64,000 bases of DNA, taken from positions 30,318,001 through 30,382,000 of the forward strand of contig OZ260663.1 of NCBI GenBank assembly GCA_965285935.1, given 5' to 3'. Every line of letters begins with the position of its first letter. The stretch's first letter is position 1. Made by a program: the position numbers and the translations under genes. Below, in pieces: positions 39,660-55,005 of the stretch. The notes under the pieces were generated by a model. That model ran no database searches and was not told where the DNA came from. It saw nothing but the letters and a program-made list of their open reading frames with translations. The DNA comes from Ophelia neglecta. Its lineage: Eukaryota.

Positions 39660-40340
39660 ACTCAATTCTCTTCCTTTTGATTCACACCCAGGTGCCATTT
39701 TTTATCATGAGTTCAATGTGGTTAATTCTAGTTCCTGTGAATATAACTTTGAGGATCGGTTCAGAAAGCTTGGTTTAATGCGATATCTATATGGAGAATG
39801 TCTGTCTTGATTTTTTCTCGTCTGAATTACTGAAGCCCTGCTTGATCTTAATAATTGGATAGTTATGTTATACGGGTATTTAATTCTGTTTATAGTTTAA
39901 AGTCTTATCGAAGTGGAGGAGGTTTATCTATTTGTGTCAAACAGAACATTGAATTCAAAGTTACAAATGATATTTGGATAAGCGACAAAATTATTGAGTA
40001 CATATCCATCAAGGTGGAAACAATATTTATCATAATATTTTATATACTATATACCCATCAGGATTACGCATATCGCACTAGACCCAGTCATTTGTGTATC
40101 TGATGATATTTTGAAATAATATTCATTATAATAAAATCAGGCAATTAAGTTTGCCATTTATTAGGCTATTTCCACTACAATCCCATTCAGTATGAATCGC
40201 ATCCAACTTGAATCAGTCAAACATTAATCCATTCTATGAGCGTGTAGAACATGACTGGAATTCTATAGTTGAGTCCACTGATGCTTAGGCAGCTTTATCA
40301 CTACTTTAAAACGCCATCATCAGGTGCCTTCGGATAGAAT
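39660..40340 (+). mobile_element. Decayed LINE apurinic-endonuclease region
   Basis: ORF 39855-40103, SYRSGGGLSICVKQNIEFKV.NDI.ISDKIIEYISIKV, fits the R..GGGV.IYV...E...IEI pattern of CR1/Crack endonucleases. Confidence 0.65.
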
Positions 40341-41539
40341 TTATGAAAACAAGGTTAATGAGGCTTCTATATTTGGCAGAGTATGCATAATCATTTGTGA
40401 CGAGGAAATAATTTCGAACTACATAATATTTTTAATTGATTGACACTGACTATTCCTTATCTATTATTGACTCACTGAATTTGTCAATGGACAAATGTTT
40501 TTCTCCATTGGATAGGCATACCAATAGGGATTGAACACATACAACATTAACTTTTATTGTCTGAAGTCGGCTTCGGTGGAAAAGACAAAACACATTTGTG
40601 CTAGATGGTTTATTACTGCAATCATGGTCTGATTGAGAACCATAGACATGGTACGTGTAGTTTATTTTCTGCCTTTGTTGTCTCGGCTTGAATCAGCTTG
40701 AGGCATATTCCCACAAGGGCGAATGGTATCATTAGACCTTCAGACCAGACACTATTTCTTGCCTCAAATCGACTTTCTATGGTACGACAATACAGTTCAT
40801 CTGTTTTTTGATAAGATTTTCATTGTTTTTTACTGTATGTTTCTGGTCCCATACAAATAGATGAAAAGAGCATTCATACGTGTCGTAAAATCTCCCAGGC
40901 TATACATGAAGCAGTTTACGCCCTCTAGTTCTTTTAATGCAGCAGACCATTATATATCGCACATGAATAAAGCAAAGCAAAGAAATTATTGATATCGCCC
41001 TTGTTTGCATTACACAGAATCAATGACGGACTTGATTAGATATTCTTGTAGGCTGTAGGCTTCCACAATTTGTTTGCAAGCATTTGAATGTCAAACATTA
41101 CTCATAATATGAAACAGGTGATTTAGACATATATACAAAAAGACCATTTCTTCGATGATTATCTGCTACCCGCCGCCAGTCGTAAGATAATGTGCATTAG
41201 CAATATATAATAACATGGGAAATATCCATCCGGTTTACCGTATTACCTTTTAAACCAAGAGCTGCCAACCAACAAGAAATACCTTGACTTCATTACTGTC
41301 ATAGACCTTTCGCGTGGTATGTTTTCCTATATTTATAACAAATGTGCATGAGTAAGCAAATTAGCAATAAGCTGAGCGCTTCATGGCCAAAAGTTCCGTT
41401 TCCAGTCTCTGATCTGGCAACAGGCAAGTGCATCTTTGACAAATATTTTTATTTAAATATGTATTTCCCTACCATCTATGTATTGTTGTAACCCTCTTCT
41501 TCTTTAAAATGTAGCCCAATTATTTTCTCAAATAAAAAC

Positions 41540-41745
41540 CATGAGAAACCGCGCAGGATTTAAGGCGTACTCAATCTTAGGCCCCGGGGCGTTTTTAACC
41601 CCGAGCCGCAATTCCTAGGCGCATCGGGAAGCCTATACAACACCAGTTGGCATGGGGGCTACAATCTTTACAAGTGAAAACGGGACGTGGACCTGGGACG
41701 GAACCAGAGTCGCGAGCGTGGGAATCCGACATCAGCGACATTCAG
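41540..41745 (-). mobile_element. Possible tRNA-derived SINE fragment
   Basis: Minus strand GTCGGATTCCCACGCTCGCGACTCTGGTTCCGTCCCAGG resembles a tRNA anticodon arm plus B-box (GGTTCGATCC-like); no full cloverleaf. Confidence 0.3.
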
Positions 41746-42149
41746 GAAATTTTGCGGCCTTGGGTATTCAACAACCTAAAGGCTTAAATTAAGAACATAG
41801 GTGTTTATACATGAAGAAATGTGGGGAATCTCCCAAGTTTATAAAATGGTCAATGTGGGACAGAGAGGAATTAGGTCCTTTGAGCGTTTAGGATGGTCTA
41901 AGCCCTCGATCCTCTCAAAATTTAGACACTACGGTTAAGATAAAATTGTTTCAATAAACACAGGAGAAGAGAAGAATGTACTACGCTCTTGAATACTAAA
42001 GAAGTGTTAAAAGGGGCATTACATCTCCTTGGTAGTGCACTAAAGTGCATCAAACACTTTCCATTGTGACTCTCTCAGACTCACATATTTTTTATTCAGA
42101 CAAAAATACACGAATTGATATGATGTTCATTCAGTAAGAAGCTATGCAG

Positions 42150-42990
42150 ACGGTTCCTAGCGCTAGGTTGAGCCAAATATATCTCTCATAGCCATAGCAG
42201 GTTTTTAATGTTTAGGTTTTGAAACAATGGTAACTAGAACCTACATCTGTCCTGTCCAAAAGAGAAGAGTCCAGATATGGCTACAATATTCCAGTCTATG
42301 TCTGACTGGTGTGTTTTAAGCTTTTTTATTTTACTTTATTAGATAATTAGTGAAGGTTCCTTCTCCACATTTTCAATGCCCGGTTGGCCTTTGTCTGAAC
42401 ATTGTTTGTTTGGTTGGACAAAGTGAAGTTGTAACTTAGAAGGCAATAATCCCTAAATAATCAAATGGTGCGGCAAGTGTCATTTGCGGTGTCATTTATT
42501 AAACAAAGTAATAATAGTACAGGCTTCAGGCTTTTGCCATGTGGAACGCCTCATTCTAGATCTGACCGCAGCTGAAACTGTTCCTAACCTACACACGCTT
42601 CTACATACACAATGGTTCCTCGAATCCCGTCTGCCAGAAAATGTTAAATTCATGTGTAGGTTTCTTTTTTAATCCTATAGCAATCCAGCTTGTCCGTGAA
42701 GAGCCTATGTTATACCATGTAGACAGATTGGAAAAATCTAACACGGCCAGATCCATCCGGGTCCTGGTGTTTATTGAGCCGGCAGGATCATGGGCTGTGG
42801 CCAAGAGTTGACTTTTGCATGATCTATAGGAACCCATATCTATTGTTCTGGAGGAGGTGACGAGCGTCCATGTGGTTCAAGATATTTCTTACAACCACAT
42901 CCACATGTTCGAGAATTTGACAAGTAAAAAAGCTATGGGCTAGAACTTGGAATATCAAGTCAGCACAAGCGGGCTGGCAGCTGGCCAGGG
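42150..42990 (-). mobile_element. Decayed CR1-like LINE RT fragment
   Basis: Minus strand: ILEHV..RNILNHM...L.NNRYGF, RSCKSQLLATAHD....N...MDLAVLDFS (ORF 42601-42837), YLGII (~42450), LEYCSHIW (~42290). Confidence 0.8.
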
Positions 42991-45900
42991 CCTTTAGTCT
43001 TTTCTGCCTTGATATTTAACGTTGTACTTACGAGCAGGATACCTCATGTTAACAAAGTGGAATTTAGCATGTCATTGTGTAAAAGAAATATTAAAAAAGA
43101 TATATTTCAAAGGCATTTATTTGCGCAGAAACCGCAGAAGCCAAATAATTATGGAGAATCAAGATCGGCTTTAGTGAGTTATGGTTTGTTTTTTGCTGAT
43201 TGTTGGCCATTTGTATGACCAAGTCTGTAGTAACTTGCATTTAATTACCTATACATGCAGCTTTTGTTGAAGTTTTGCCAGGTGCCAAAATGAACTGGCT
43301 AATTCCAATCAGCAAGCGGACGTTCACCACATCCAGGGATAAGCTAGCCCTGTCCTGGAAACCCACTTAGTTAATTCGCATGTATCTGTGAGAGACATCG
43401 AGTCTCAGTGGATATGAGATCTGAACAGAAGCACAAGGACTCTATGAGCCGAAAGGTCTGACCATGACTGGTACCTTCTTCATGATCCCCTGCACCGCCT
43501 TATTCACTGCTCGAAGTAAAATGAAAAAGTTGCGTTTTATTGTGTATTTCTATAAAAATTGCACAGCACTAGATTATGTTGCAGTTTCAAGAGGTGTTGG
43601 TGTTAGGAGATAGTGTAAAATAAATACATGAGAAATTCATTTCGGATTCCATCTTATTAGCAAAATACATAAATTATTACAAACTTCAACAATTAATTCA
43701 ATATCTAGATATTAAGGACCAACAAATAAATAAATGAATTAAAGATACTAGCAAAATATATTAAGTCTAATTATATGCTATGAATACACATGTGGGATCA
43801 TTATTTCAAGTTGAATATTTGACGAAATGCATAATGGAACAGTGCTCTTTGTACAACGCCAAGTCAGTCAAGAAAAGGACAAACGTGCAGCAGCAAATGT
43901 AACTGTTTTCAAAATATGAATTTTTCGTCATACTGATATTAGCTAGAATTATATCTGTTAAAATGCCAAGGCACACTTTGTATATTTAAATGCACATATA
44001 ATCTGATCGAGAGCCATCACATTAAATGAAGGATGTCCTTGTCGAAATCTAACCATCATTTTTGCTGGTGGGTCATTAAGTTATATCGAATTATGAAAAA
44101 GTAGTGTGGGATTGCTGAATATAAGATAGAAATTATATATAAATCTGGTAATAACAGATAGTACGGATCTTGTGATATCCATGGCTCCTTGATATCGCTC
44201 AGTGGAAAATTTGTCCTCGGCGTGATACCCTTTAGACACTTGGTTTCATATCATAATGTCATTCTGTGTTCGTTGACTATCTCCAAGCCTCGCCAACGAC
44301 ATACATGTAATACCCGAACCAGAAAAGGAATATATTCATTTTCCCAAATATATTAATGTATGTAATAACAGTGGCATGGCGCTTTATAATCCTTGCAGGT
44401 ACAGGCCAGCGGCATGTTTTTAACTTAACTATATGGACCTACACGCAACTCAGGAGCTCCGGGTTCGGTTATGTGCATTCGCGGTAATTCTTGTTTACTG
44501 GTGAATCAAACCAAATAAAACGCCCCAAAACAGTAAAGTCGATCGTAAACTGGGCAGAACAGGGCTTACTGTGGATTACACACAAGATATGACTAGACAC
44601 AAGAAGCCAATAGTAATGACAGAGTATGTATATGAACAATTGACCTCCTATGCTCGAATCCTACTAGACAAAAACTGATTGTACAGGTTGATTTTTGGGG
44701 GTTGGTGAAAACTATGAATTCTCTCAATAACCTCGCCTACTTCGATCGTGACTTGGTTGACTGGCATGGTATCCACATATAAAGTATTTCCTAGTAAAAG
44801 ACATGTTCTATGCACATAAACTTACTGGCAGCCGAATTGATTGGTACTTGAAATGAGTATGAGTTTTGTATGGGCATCCAAATGATAGATATCCCGGTGG
44901 CATTCGCTGCCTTTTAAAAATCAGCTTTGTCTTTGATTCTGTGTGGAAGGAAATCAATATTGTAAAGCCATGATATTGTGTAAAAAAAATCTTTGATGGA
45001 GGCAACTGCTCTTGTTATAAGTTTTATTTATATAGGACTATATCTAAATATCGATGCTCTATATGAAATATCACCTTAAAAGCGTTATAGTTTTAAAAAA
45101 CCTTAAGCAAGAGTAGTGGAAAAGTAGCTCATCCTAAGAGCTATGCAGGGAGAGTAATTATATTGCTAACGCGATATGTTATCTTCATTATATATTTCCT
45201 GATGAAAGAAGTTGTAACTGATAGTTAATCACACGAGATACTGGCACTCCAAAACAGAGAATGAGAAAGGAAGTTCAAGACCCAAAACAGGGCAGATGTC
45301 AGATGTTAATTATCAAATAGTAGTTCATATTCTATATCCTTACAAATACTAATTGTAAAGTTGGGGATGGGAGGGGGAGGGGATCAAATTAACATTATCT
45401 TAATGATTGCATATAAGAACTGGACAAAAATCATAAGCAGGTGGCCAAACGCAATTATGGAGGATACCACTGTAATGCCCGCTAGGCTGCATGTTTCATT
45501 CATTAAAGTATGGCTTTAATTGAAAAGTTTGACTAGTAGTCAAATAATTTGTTTATATGAGGCTGCCTCGATGAATTCGAGAATTTTGGAAACATATGAA
45601 CTAATTTCTAGGCTAAGGCTAAAACAACTCTATTAAATGTATCGATTGTGACAATAACTCATCTTTCAAAGTTAATATTATCGTGGACTTTCTTCGACAT
45701 ATTTATTAATATATTATTAATATATCAAGATTAAAAATTGACAAAAAAAGAGGCAGGCTTTAATCTTTTTTTGATTAATGTTTTGGTTTTTCAGGCTGGT
45801 ATCCACACCCGTTTTTTTTCATGAACCAAGGGTCAAGGCTGAATTTAAAGCAGCTACCATATTGGATTATCTGGCATTCACTTTTTCCCTGTCTGACTTG

Positions 45901-48900
45901 ATTTGACGTTCAGCTAGTTGCAAATAACATGGCACGGGCGGTTTCACTTACGTAACAGCAACTGTTCCTAGGGCAATGTATCAACCGAAGAGATCGGCCA
46001 GGACTTCAATGTTTTGAGATCAGAATTTTGCTTCCTCCTGGAATGTTGGAACGCGGTTTCCTTCGGACACTTTGTTTTTACGACAGCCAAAGACGGCCCT
46101 TTTTTGCCGCTTTGTCGGTGCAGCAGACGACCATTAAGCTAATGGGGTTCGATTCCAGACACCTGTGGTCTACGTTAGTAATTAAGCCCCGGCTTGTTTC
46201 CTTGCACGATATTCTGCCCGGGCAGTAGGAATTTGCAACTGGACTAATTTACCCGGACAGGCTAAAACTTATCCGAAGAAAAAACCCGTCACCATACAGA
46301 AAAGACGAGACAGCGCTTAAAGACGACTGACATGCAATACCCAACAGCAGCATTCCCGCAATGCTGGTTATGGTTTAGGACTTAATCAATATAGCAACAT
46401 TCTGTTCCTCAATAGGGTAACCTTCATATCCTACTAGGTATGTATATTCTAAGTAGATCTTCCGTGCTGGCTGGCGCCCATTTCTATTCCTGAATCAGTG
46501 GCAACGAGACCGAGTTAAGCTTGGTAATTGGCAGCCCTCGGTAGATTTTGATCATTCTGAGGCCATGAGGTAAATTGCTGGGTATGTACAATTAGCCGCC
46601 AGTCGTTCTTGCATCCAGGGATAAACCAGCCCAGAGGCTGGAGTGTCCCTAGTGCCAACCTCTCCTATATCAAGCAAGGCAAGGGGAAAACAAGGGAGGC
46701 GGGGTAGGCCCATTTATCTGTGGGAGCCATCAAGTCAGAGGACCCCGCCAGCAAAATGGATATATCAGACGGTTTATGGTATTTGACTGGTTGATCACAT
46801 CCGAATGTACGTAGAGTCTTAACATATCTTCTACATGAACCGATGCGGAAATAGAATGCGAGGCAAGTAATTCTCCCTTTTTTGTGAGAGGTTGAATATT
46901 TCATGCCGAGAATCGAAATGAGGTGGTCATTTTAACTATATCGGCTACAACAGACTTAATAGGCGTCGAGAGATGCCTTCCTTGGGGTATTTGTGCACGA
47001 CCTGCGGCCTGTGACCCTTTTACAGCCTGACGCTATGGTGTCTTGTGATCGCGAGCGGGATCACTTTGAGCAGCCAGCACAGATTACAGGCGGCATTGCT
47101 TTGTAAGCGCATACAAAGATGCAGGTTGTAAATAATGTCCAGTTTACAAGTTAGTACTAGGTCTATTGCCCGGCGCTGGTGTTAAACTTGGACGTTGCTT
47201 TTTGTTATTTTCATGCTGCTAACATTTTTCGTTGACAATTGGTATTCTCTAGATCTTTCCGGTACCCGGTACAGGTATCCTTTGATCGAAACAAGACACA
47301 TAACTTGAAATACTAGAAAACCTGTGGTTGCCTTCATATTGTTAAGATAAATATGTTTCTCATATTTAAGGGGTGTTGTGGTTCATTCTGGTGGAAAACA
47401 TAAATCATTCAGAAAATAAGTCCAAATAAATATTTTCCTGCAGTAGATGGTTCTGAGAAATAGAGATGATATAATTATGAGCAATGAAACGTGAAGCCCA
47501 CGAGTAGCTCCCAAGTATTCCGGGATTCATATGAAATTGTTTGAGAGTGTCATAAAATTAGCCTCGCGAAATTAAGGTACCTTTTGTGACTAATGAAAGA
47601 AAGTTTCCTATAAAATATTGGGCATAAATTTTGTCTTTATATGGGAGAACCCCCCCCCCCCCCAACACTCACCCTCCCATCGTCCGTCCCATTCAAAAGT
47701 ACACACCATCCTTATTCCCGGCTTATGATGTAAGAATTCTGAATAAGAATATCAAACAGGAATAACAAAACCAATCTATCACAATATGAAGTCATTGTAT
47801 GGGCGTAGAGAAGATTAATTCATTTATCTCACGTTCAACTGCCTTTATTGATTCGTAAATTGAGATTGCGATGGCATTCGTTGCTGGCTAAATTGCATTT
47901 GTGGAGTATCTCATATTTTTGCTAGTGTCAGATTGCGAAGTTTATTATGTTCACTATGAGGCACAATTAATACAAGACGGCAGCTTGTCTTGATCTTAAA
48001 TACTGAGCTGATAGATCAGCTTATAGATGATGATAAGCTCTTGTTGGCCCATGTAGAAATGAAACTCTCAGGCATTATGTGAAATTACACGAATAATATA
48101 GCGGGAGGTATCATAAATCATGTTTCAGAAGAATCGAATGCGAACATGTAGTCATATGAATCGAAGTAGGTCATTACTTAACAAAAGTATATTAGCCATT
48201 GCCAATATAGATATTAATTATACGTTCCAGTAAAACACCACAGCTACTAGGCCTACGTACTAAATTCTCATACGTGTATTTTTCATTTTATAATGTATAT
48301 GTTGTCAAAAGACTCGTAAATGTTAATATCAGTGAGTTCGCCTTCATGAGATGTTCAAGGTTTACTGTTCCTGGTAAGGAAAAAAGTCGCTTGGTAAATT
48401 TCTACAATAAATTTCTACATTTTGTATGCATACATCTTTTTAAACGTAATAAAAACCAATGTTTTTATCAGTTAATTGGAATCAAGAAGGTCTCGGCTCA
48501 TTATGTTATATGAATGTTTGTAGGCTTTAACTATAAAAACTATCTACCTTTTACTATCGAGTTTGTAGTCACTTATTCATAATATAGCTTAGCCTATCTC
48601 GGACTGTCCCAAAGGAGATGAAACCGGGCCTTACTCTACTTTGTTTTTTGCCAAGTTTGACTTTTTTTTTTGAACCAAATATTCAACGAATCGGATTTTA
48701 CATAACTTTTTGTGTCTATTCCTTGTACTCCTTTCTGTGTTTTAATCAATTGTGCAAATACAAATAAATCGAAATTTAAAGACCCCAACCAAGTCTGTAG
48801 GATGAGGATCTTGTCTCTACACTTTACCATTTCTAGGATGCTCTTGGGACTTTTGAAGCAATTGAATTCTGGAAAGTTCAGTCTCCGTAGTGGGGCTGCT

Positions 48901-51705
48901 AGTATGTGAGTGATCGAGAAACTGCCTTCCTATTACCCGAAGCCCTCATGTGCATCTCCTAAGTAGATCACTACAATGCAGCTCTTGGGCACAGAGTCGA
49001 TGCATACACCCGATAACGGACCGAATCTAAAATTTCAATCAATGAGACTACCTAAGACAGCTTTCTGATGGATTGCAAGACGAGAATAGGCACCCATGGG
49101 TAATTTTACTAAACAACAGCTATATGATATAGAATAAGGAATCTGGAATATTTTATGTAAATCAAATGTCTTAAAATTGGGTTTTACATTTCGGAGAAAA
49201 CGCTGTGGCCTGGATAGTTTGAGGGTAAAAAATGGAGGAAAGTCATACCGCGTGACAATCAGTGGTGGAATCCCGAAGTACCTAGTAACAAATCAACCGA
49301 TAGGCATGATAAATTGTTTGTTTTCTGCTAAATCTTAAACAATTACTTCGGAATTGCCGAATTATTAACTGACAACAAATTAAAAAGTCTGTAACAAGTC
49401 ATTTCTATAGTAATAGGTAAAATGTATTAACGTTTGTTATGACATTGCGTTTTAGGTAACGATTGGTGTTTATATAGGTGTGACTGCTGGTACGTTCCTG
49501 AAGATTTCGAACCGATTTAAGAGTCTCCTTTTGAAAATCGCGCTGTTTTGTCTGGCAGGTATCCAATGCGGTTTTGCTTTGGTATATTTAACATTGGTAA
49601 TGTTCTCAGAAGTAATTAAACACTTTAATTGCCATAAGTGATACCATTTATGTTATTGCCTTTTACCATGTACTGTTGCCAGTCTTTTATCAGTTATACA
49701 AGTTTGGTTTTCAAACATTGCAGGTTTAAACGTTATGGTAAATTTACATTATCAGTTGTATTTGAGCTCCGCTCGTGGCGTTTTTGCCTGAATTATTACG
49801 ACATTCGACTGGTTTGTTGCAAATACGTCTCAAGTAGTGGTTTCCCATAAGTTCTTGCGGAAAGCTCAGAATAATCTCCCGTATCAAAAGACAATGTCAG
49901 AGAAGGCCAACTGGGCACAATAGATAGCTTCATGTCGAAAGTGGAACGGCTGAGCTAATTTGTCTGGTAGAGACAGACATCCTTCAGCTGCTTTAATGTT
50001 TACATCGGACATGAAGTTTTTACGACAGCAAACGACAGCCTCGCATTGACAAGCGGCTTCGTCGGAACAGCAGACGATCACTAAGACAATATACTAGATG
50101 TAGCCTGAGGGCTCGTGTTCTATCTGTACCTAATATTGTGTCCTATCGATTGAACATTGGCAATGCTCTAATCATATGTCAAGGGCTTGAAAACCCTATC
50201 TATCACTGACAAGTTGACATTTTTAAGATTAAGTTAGATGCGTCGGCGAAACACAATTTTATCGATTCGCTAAGTCGTCTCAGTGGACATTCTATATTTT
50301 GTTTTCAGAAGAAGAGAGTTTAAAAATAAATTGTCCATAAATCTAATTTTCTAAAAGGGAATTTTAGCGACGTTTTGTTTACAGTGCATGCTATCTAAAC
50401 TAGTCGACTCAAAGAAGTGTATAATATAGATCGGAAAAAATAGTACGTCACGTGGGAACACTGTCTGTTTTAAATGGCTGCACAAGATATAAATATAAAC
50501 AAGATGATTAAAATCAAACGAATCACTAATTAATAATGATGCATGAGAACGAGAATATTTTGAAATATAGTCAAACATAAAAGTATTCAAATAATTCTCC
50601 TTTTACCGCTAGCTTTTTAACCTACTTCTTAGAATAATTGGTGGTCACTTGTGTGCTACAGATGAGCCCAAATATAATTGGTCGTGAACTTGGCTGCCAA
50701 GCGGTCATTTGTATGACTTATGTAGTGTGTGAAATTCTCTCCACGGCATCAGGTGCAGTATACTAGGCAGGTACATTACCTGACGAACATACCGTCCCTT
50801 AAGGGATTAGCCATCTCATGGTCTGAGTAAGTATGCTTTACCCGCCTGTCTCTTATGAGGCAAGACTGTGCAAGGGAAGCAAACGTTTAGCTGTGTGAGC
50901 CATCGAGTCTGCGGGGCTCACAGACTTTAGCGGGCTCTCATTTAATATAGATATTTAGACTTTCTGAACAGCGCATTTTATCTGGTTAGTTCAGATGTTC
51001 AATTAGATCATCTTATAAAGACCAATAAAGAATTCGAAAATCGATCGGATCTATATCACGATTTGCAACTGTATCTCTCTCTATAAGTTAGGTAATTTTC
51101 AACAATTCAGCCCAGAATATGCTCCTATGTAAATAGCGATTCCAATAAAGTACAATTTTATTGGTTAACCTCATGCGGCCTTTCATAAAACATATTTTGT
51201 CTATTGATATTCTGAATTATGTTATTCTAGTTCCAACTGTAATGTTCTCTTAGTTTTTATACAAAGAAGGAAACCGAAAAGCAAATACGACATAATACAG
51301 TACTTTAGGCTTCGATTGGTGCTTTTCCAGGGATAGCTTTTGCATGGTCACCCGTCTGCCTCTTTGTTGTCTGCGATATTATTTCTAAATATTATTTCTT
51401 GGCATCAGGCAGTAGGGATAGTTCCAGAAGATCACCGTGCTCTTCAAGTCGCATTTGGTCTTCACGGTGTAAGAAACTACATTTCTCCACGCTTTAGGTT
51501 TATTTTTTTGTCTAACAATTGTGTTAGCACATGTGGAGGTGTTTTTGTGACTTGGGATCAGTTCCCTCGAAGGGAGTACGTACGCCCATGTAATCAAATT
51601 TCGTCGGAGGGACTGTTTGATCAAATCATCATCTTCACACAATAATCGAATTAGCTAACAGCTACACGAAAGCCAAAAGTCTCTTTGAAATATTCCTATC
51701 AACGA

Positions 51706-51903
51706 NNNNNNNNNNNNNNNNNNNNNNNNNNNNNNNNNNNNNNNNNNNNNNNNNNNNNNNNNNNNNNNNNNNNNNNNNNNNNNNNNNNNNNNNNNNNNNN
51801 NNNNNNNNNNNNNNNNNNNNNNNNNNNNNNNNNNNNNNNNNNNNNNNNNNNNNNNNNNNNNNNNNNNNNNNNNNNNNNNNNNNNNNNNNNNNNNNNNNNN
51901 NNN
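51706..51903. other. Assembly gap (198 N)
   Basis: Run of N. Confidence 1.
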
Positions 51904-54900
51904 CTCGCTGTTTGATAACGTTACAATGGATGTTGATTGATTGCCTCGAAAAGTTCATTTATTACTGTATGAAGGTCTTAAGGTACCTTGGCAGAGTCGA
52001 GAAAAATATGTGCATGTCTTAATTATTCGCTTTCATTGGCTGATTTTCCATGTAGAATCAGGTACATACTTTCGAACATTTTTCTGTTTGTCACGACCTG
52101 TGCCTCCGTAAAATATTGTGTACCAAAGCGGATCATAAGCTTATCCTTTCATGCCCAATTTCACATTTATTATAATAAAAAAAAGGATAATATGAAGAAA
52201 AGCCATAACAAAAAATAGAATAATATCAACCTTAATTTAAATGGTCGGCATTGGCCTGCGCAGCCTGTTACTGTAGCTTAACACACCCATTACGAAATTA
52301 CGGTCATGACAAAGCGACGTTAAGTTTCTAGAACAAAGAAAGTTTCCGATGGGACCGGGCCATTAAGTGATTGACTGGCTTATCACCGCGAGAGGAAACA
52401 CTGTTCTTGATGAATGGCGTGATATAGGCACGTCACATGACATGAAAGGAGGTAGAGTGTCATTCGCTGATTGTTTTGGATGTGGCAATGTCAATGATTC
52501 CTGGAAAAGGAAAATGAAAAGGCTAAAATGGACTTTATGAGAAATTCCAAGGCAATTTTAGACTGATGAATCATTTGCAATCTCCTGTTGTCAAATACTT
52601 AAGACTTAACAGCAGGCTGTCTCCATGGTCAATAACAATATTTAACGTTCACATAACCTCAACATTTATAACATAAAGGGCCCACTTCTGGTACTGAATA
52701 AAGCACGTTCCTTTTTTTATATTTCCTTAACTCTACGAAACTAAATGTTAGCCCAATAACGCGGTCCATCGTTTTTGCTTTCAAGAATATGGCACGAAAT
52801 GCATCATGTGGAGCGCCATCATGTGCCATTCATATTCAGCGTCAGCTTACATGTTTACAACAATTACGACGAAAAGTTTAATGACGAGACGATGTTCATC
52901 AAGGAATGATATGCCCAGTACTGGCAAGTGTTGGCTTCTCCCAACACGTCAGACATGGAGAAGGCGACTCCGAAAGGCGCCACATGCTGGTTTTACATAA
53001 ACGGGATATCCGAAAAAGCTCACACTATAAGTCATGGCTATGAGGGAGAGCGATTTTCCATTACTATGTAAGAGGTCATTGAGAGACGTAGGAAGTATAC
53101 CAGGACCTGTACTACTCAGGCGGCAAGATATTGGAATAAAACACTTCTGAATGGTTGAATGTGCATAGAAACAGGAGGGAGTCAGGCTCAGAAACTACTC
53201 GTATCATCATTTTATGAACCGGAGTAGTATACTGGACATTTTCCAGAGAGCGACAAAATGAGAAAAATAAACATCAAGGGCAGCATTGCGTGCCGTGTTT
53301 ACTTTTAATTCCTACAAGACTATATTCTATTGTATCTCAAATACACAGCCACGAATATGTAGCGGTGTACTTTACATCACTACTGACAATTTGATTCATT
53401 TGAAGCCCCAATCATCTCTTGTCTCCTCCTATGTTAAATTCTGATTGCAAAGTCAGTTTTGTTAATAGAGATATTTCAGTGTCAGAGAGCTAAAACATTT
53501 TGAAATGACCTGTAATTCTGCAAATATTCAAAACTTTCATAATCCCCAATCATAATTTGAGCTAGTCCATCGGAAAGTTTTCCAACACACTCCAATTAGG
53601 GCCTTTCCATAATTTAAACAATATTGCCACAATCCACGTAGCGAGAGAGTGGACTCCTTTTAAATGCCATTTCCCATTTAATAGGGAATCTGTTGGAAGA
53701 CTTTAAGAAATAATTCTTTTAGCCGCTCTTATAGATAAATATGACAAGCAGATATACCAACATACTGTTCTTTTAGTTCAAATTAACCACAGGTGTACTG
53801 TTATTCGTGTTGTTAACGTCGTTCCGGTTATACCAAGGACGTGTGTTGTGTTTGTAAACGTACAGTGTAATTTGTGTACAGTTTATACAATAATTATTTT
53901 CAAACCATTGAACGTATTATTTGTGGTTTAGAAAATTGAATTTTCAACGATATGATATTCTATTGTCAGCTAAACTATAACTAGTCTAAGACTTATTGAT
54001 AACATATTATTTGTTCATAATATAAATAAGGATCACATGCCCCATGTGTTTCTTTCTAAGAATAGTTCTGACCAATTCTCTATTCTTAATATAGGCAGGT
54101 CAACCATCATAAAAACATGCTCTCGTTAACCAGACAGTAATTTTGTCTTCACATAAGTAACTTGGGTCGTTCCTGGAGGAGTGGCTATCGGAAGTTGCTA
54201 CTCTTCGATCCTTGTCTTTTTTATTGTTTATTGTTTCCATTCTCTTGAACCATAGAGTATCATGGACATTGTATATCGCAGTGATATTATTTAAATAAAG
54301 TGTGAGAGTAGCCCATTATGTACTGAACATTTCCCCTTATCACCTTATAAATCTTTATTGTATAGTGGATGCACGCATAATTTAATATATTCCAAAAATG
54401 TTTTAGATACACCAAAGGCTAAATATCTCAATATATTCATAACGTCCGCCAATTCCTATCATAAGATTAACAGAAAAGATAATTATAGTCTTGACTTATC
54501 TACTGGTGCTATAACAAAGCACCATGCACCATGTCAATAACATTGAACAGATTTAAGCGCAATCTCGGTAGCAAAACAAATGAATGAATACAAAAATACA
54601 TTTTAGTCTTATAATACAATTTTTCGTTATTTTAGTGTAACTTACTTATTAGTAATGTTCATTGTGTGATAAAAAATGAAGGTATAAAAAAATAATCTAT
54701 TGGGCCTTGTTTATCTATACGTTCAATCCAAACACATGTAAAGTACATAATAGTCAACCCAGCATTATTGGCCAATTTTATTGTGGCGCCGTCGGGGATA
54801 AAGGTGAAATGATTAGAGCAGACCTATAACCTCAGACTTTAAATGGACTGAATTTGAAGAACAATGGCACAAACAGTTTCTACCTACGCCATTCAACACA

Positions 54901-55005
54901 CCTCTGTATCCTGGTAAGCGAGTTTAAGGTGACCTGTTTAACTAGCATAAAGCTTTTTTGATTTTAGTATTTAATTACGTTTATTAGCCTAGACGACAGC
55001 ATATC

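Noticed and set aside
33597-41833. Scattered kB-like sites at 33597, 37286 and 41824
   Set aside because: Far from any supported promoter; a hand estimate gives about 1-2 perfect matches by chance in 64 kb.
51662-51958. ORFs spanning the N run
   Set aside because: Artefacts of the assembly gap.
54843-54913. Candidate upstream HCN coding exon ending CTG|GTAAGC
   Set aside because: Joining its ATG frame to the nearby acceptors (54987, 54992) gives a stop or frameshift; could be 5' UTR, left unresolved.
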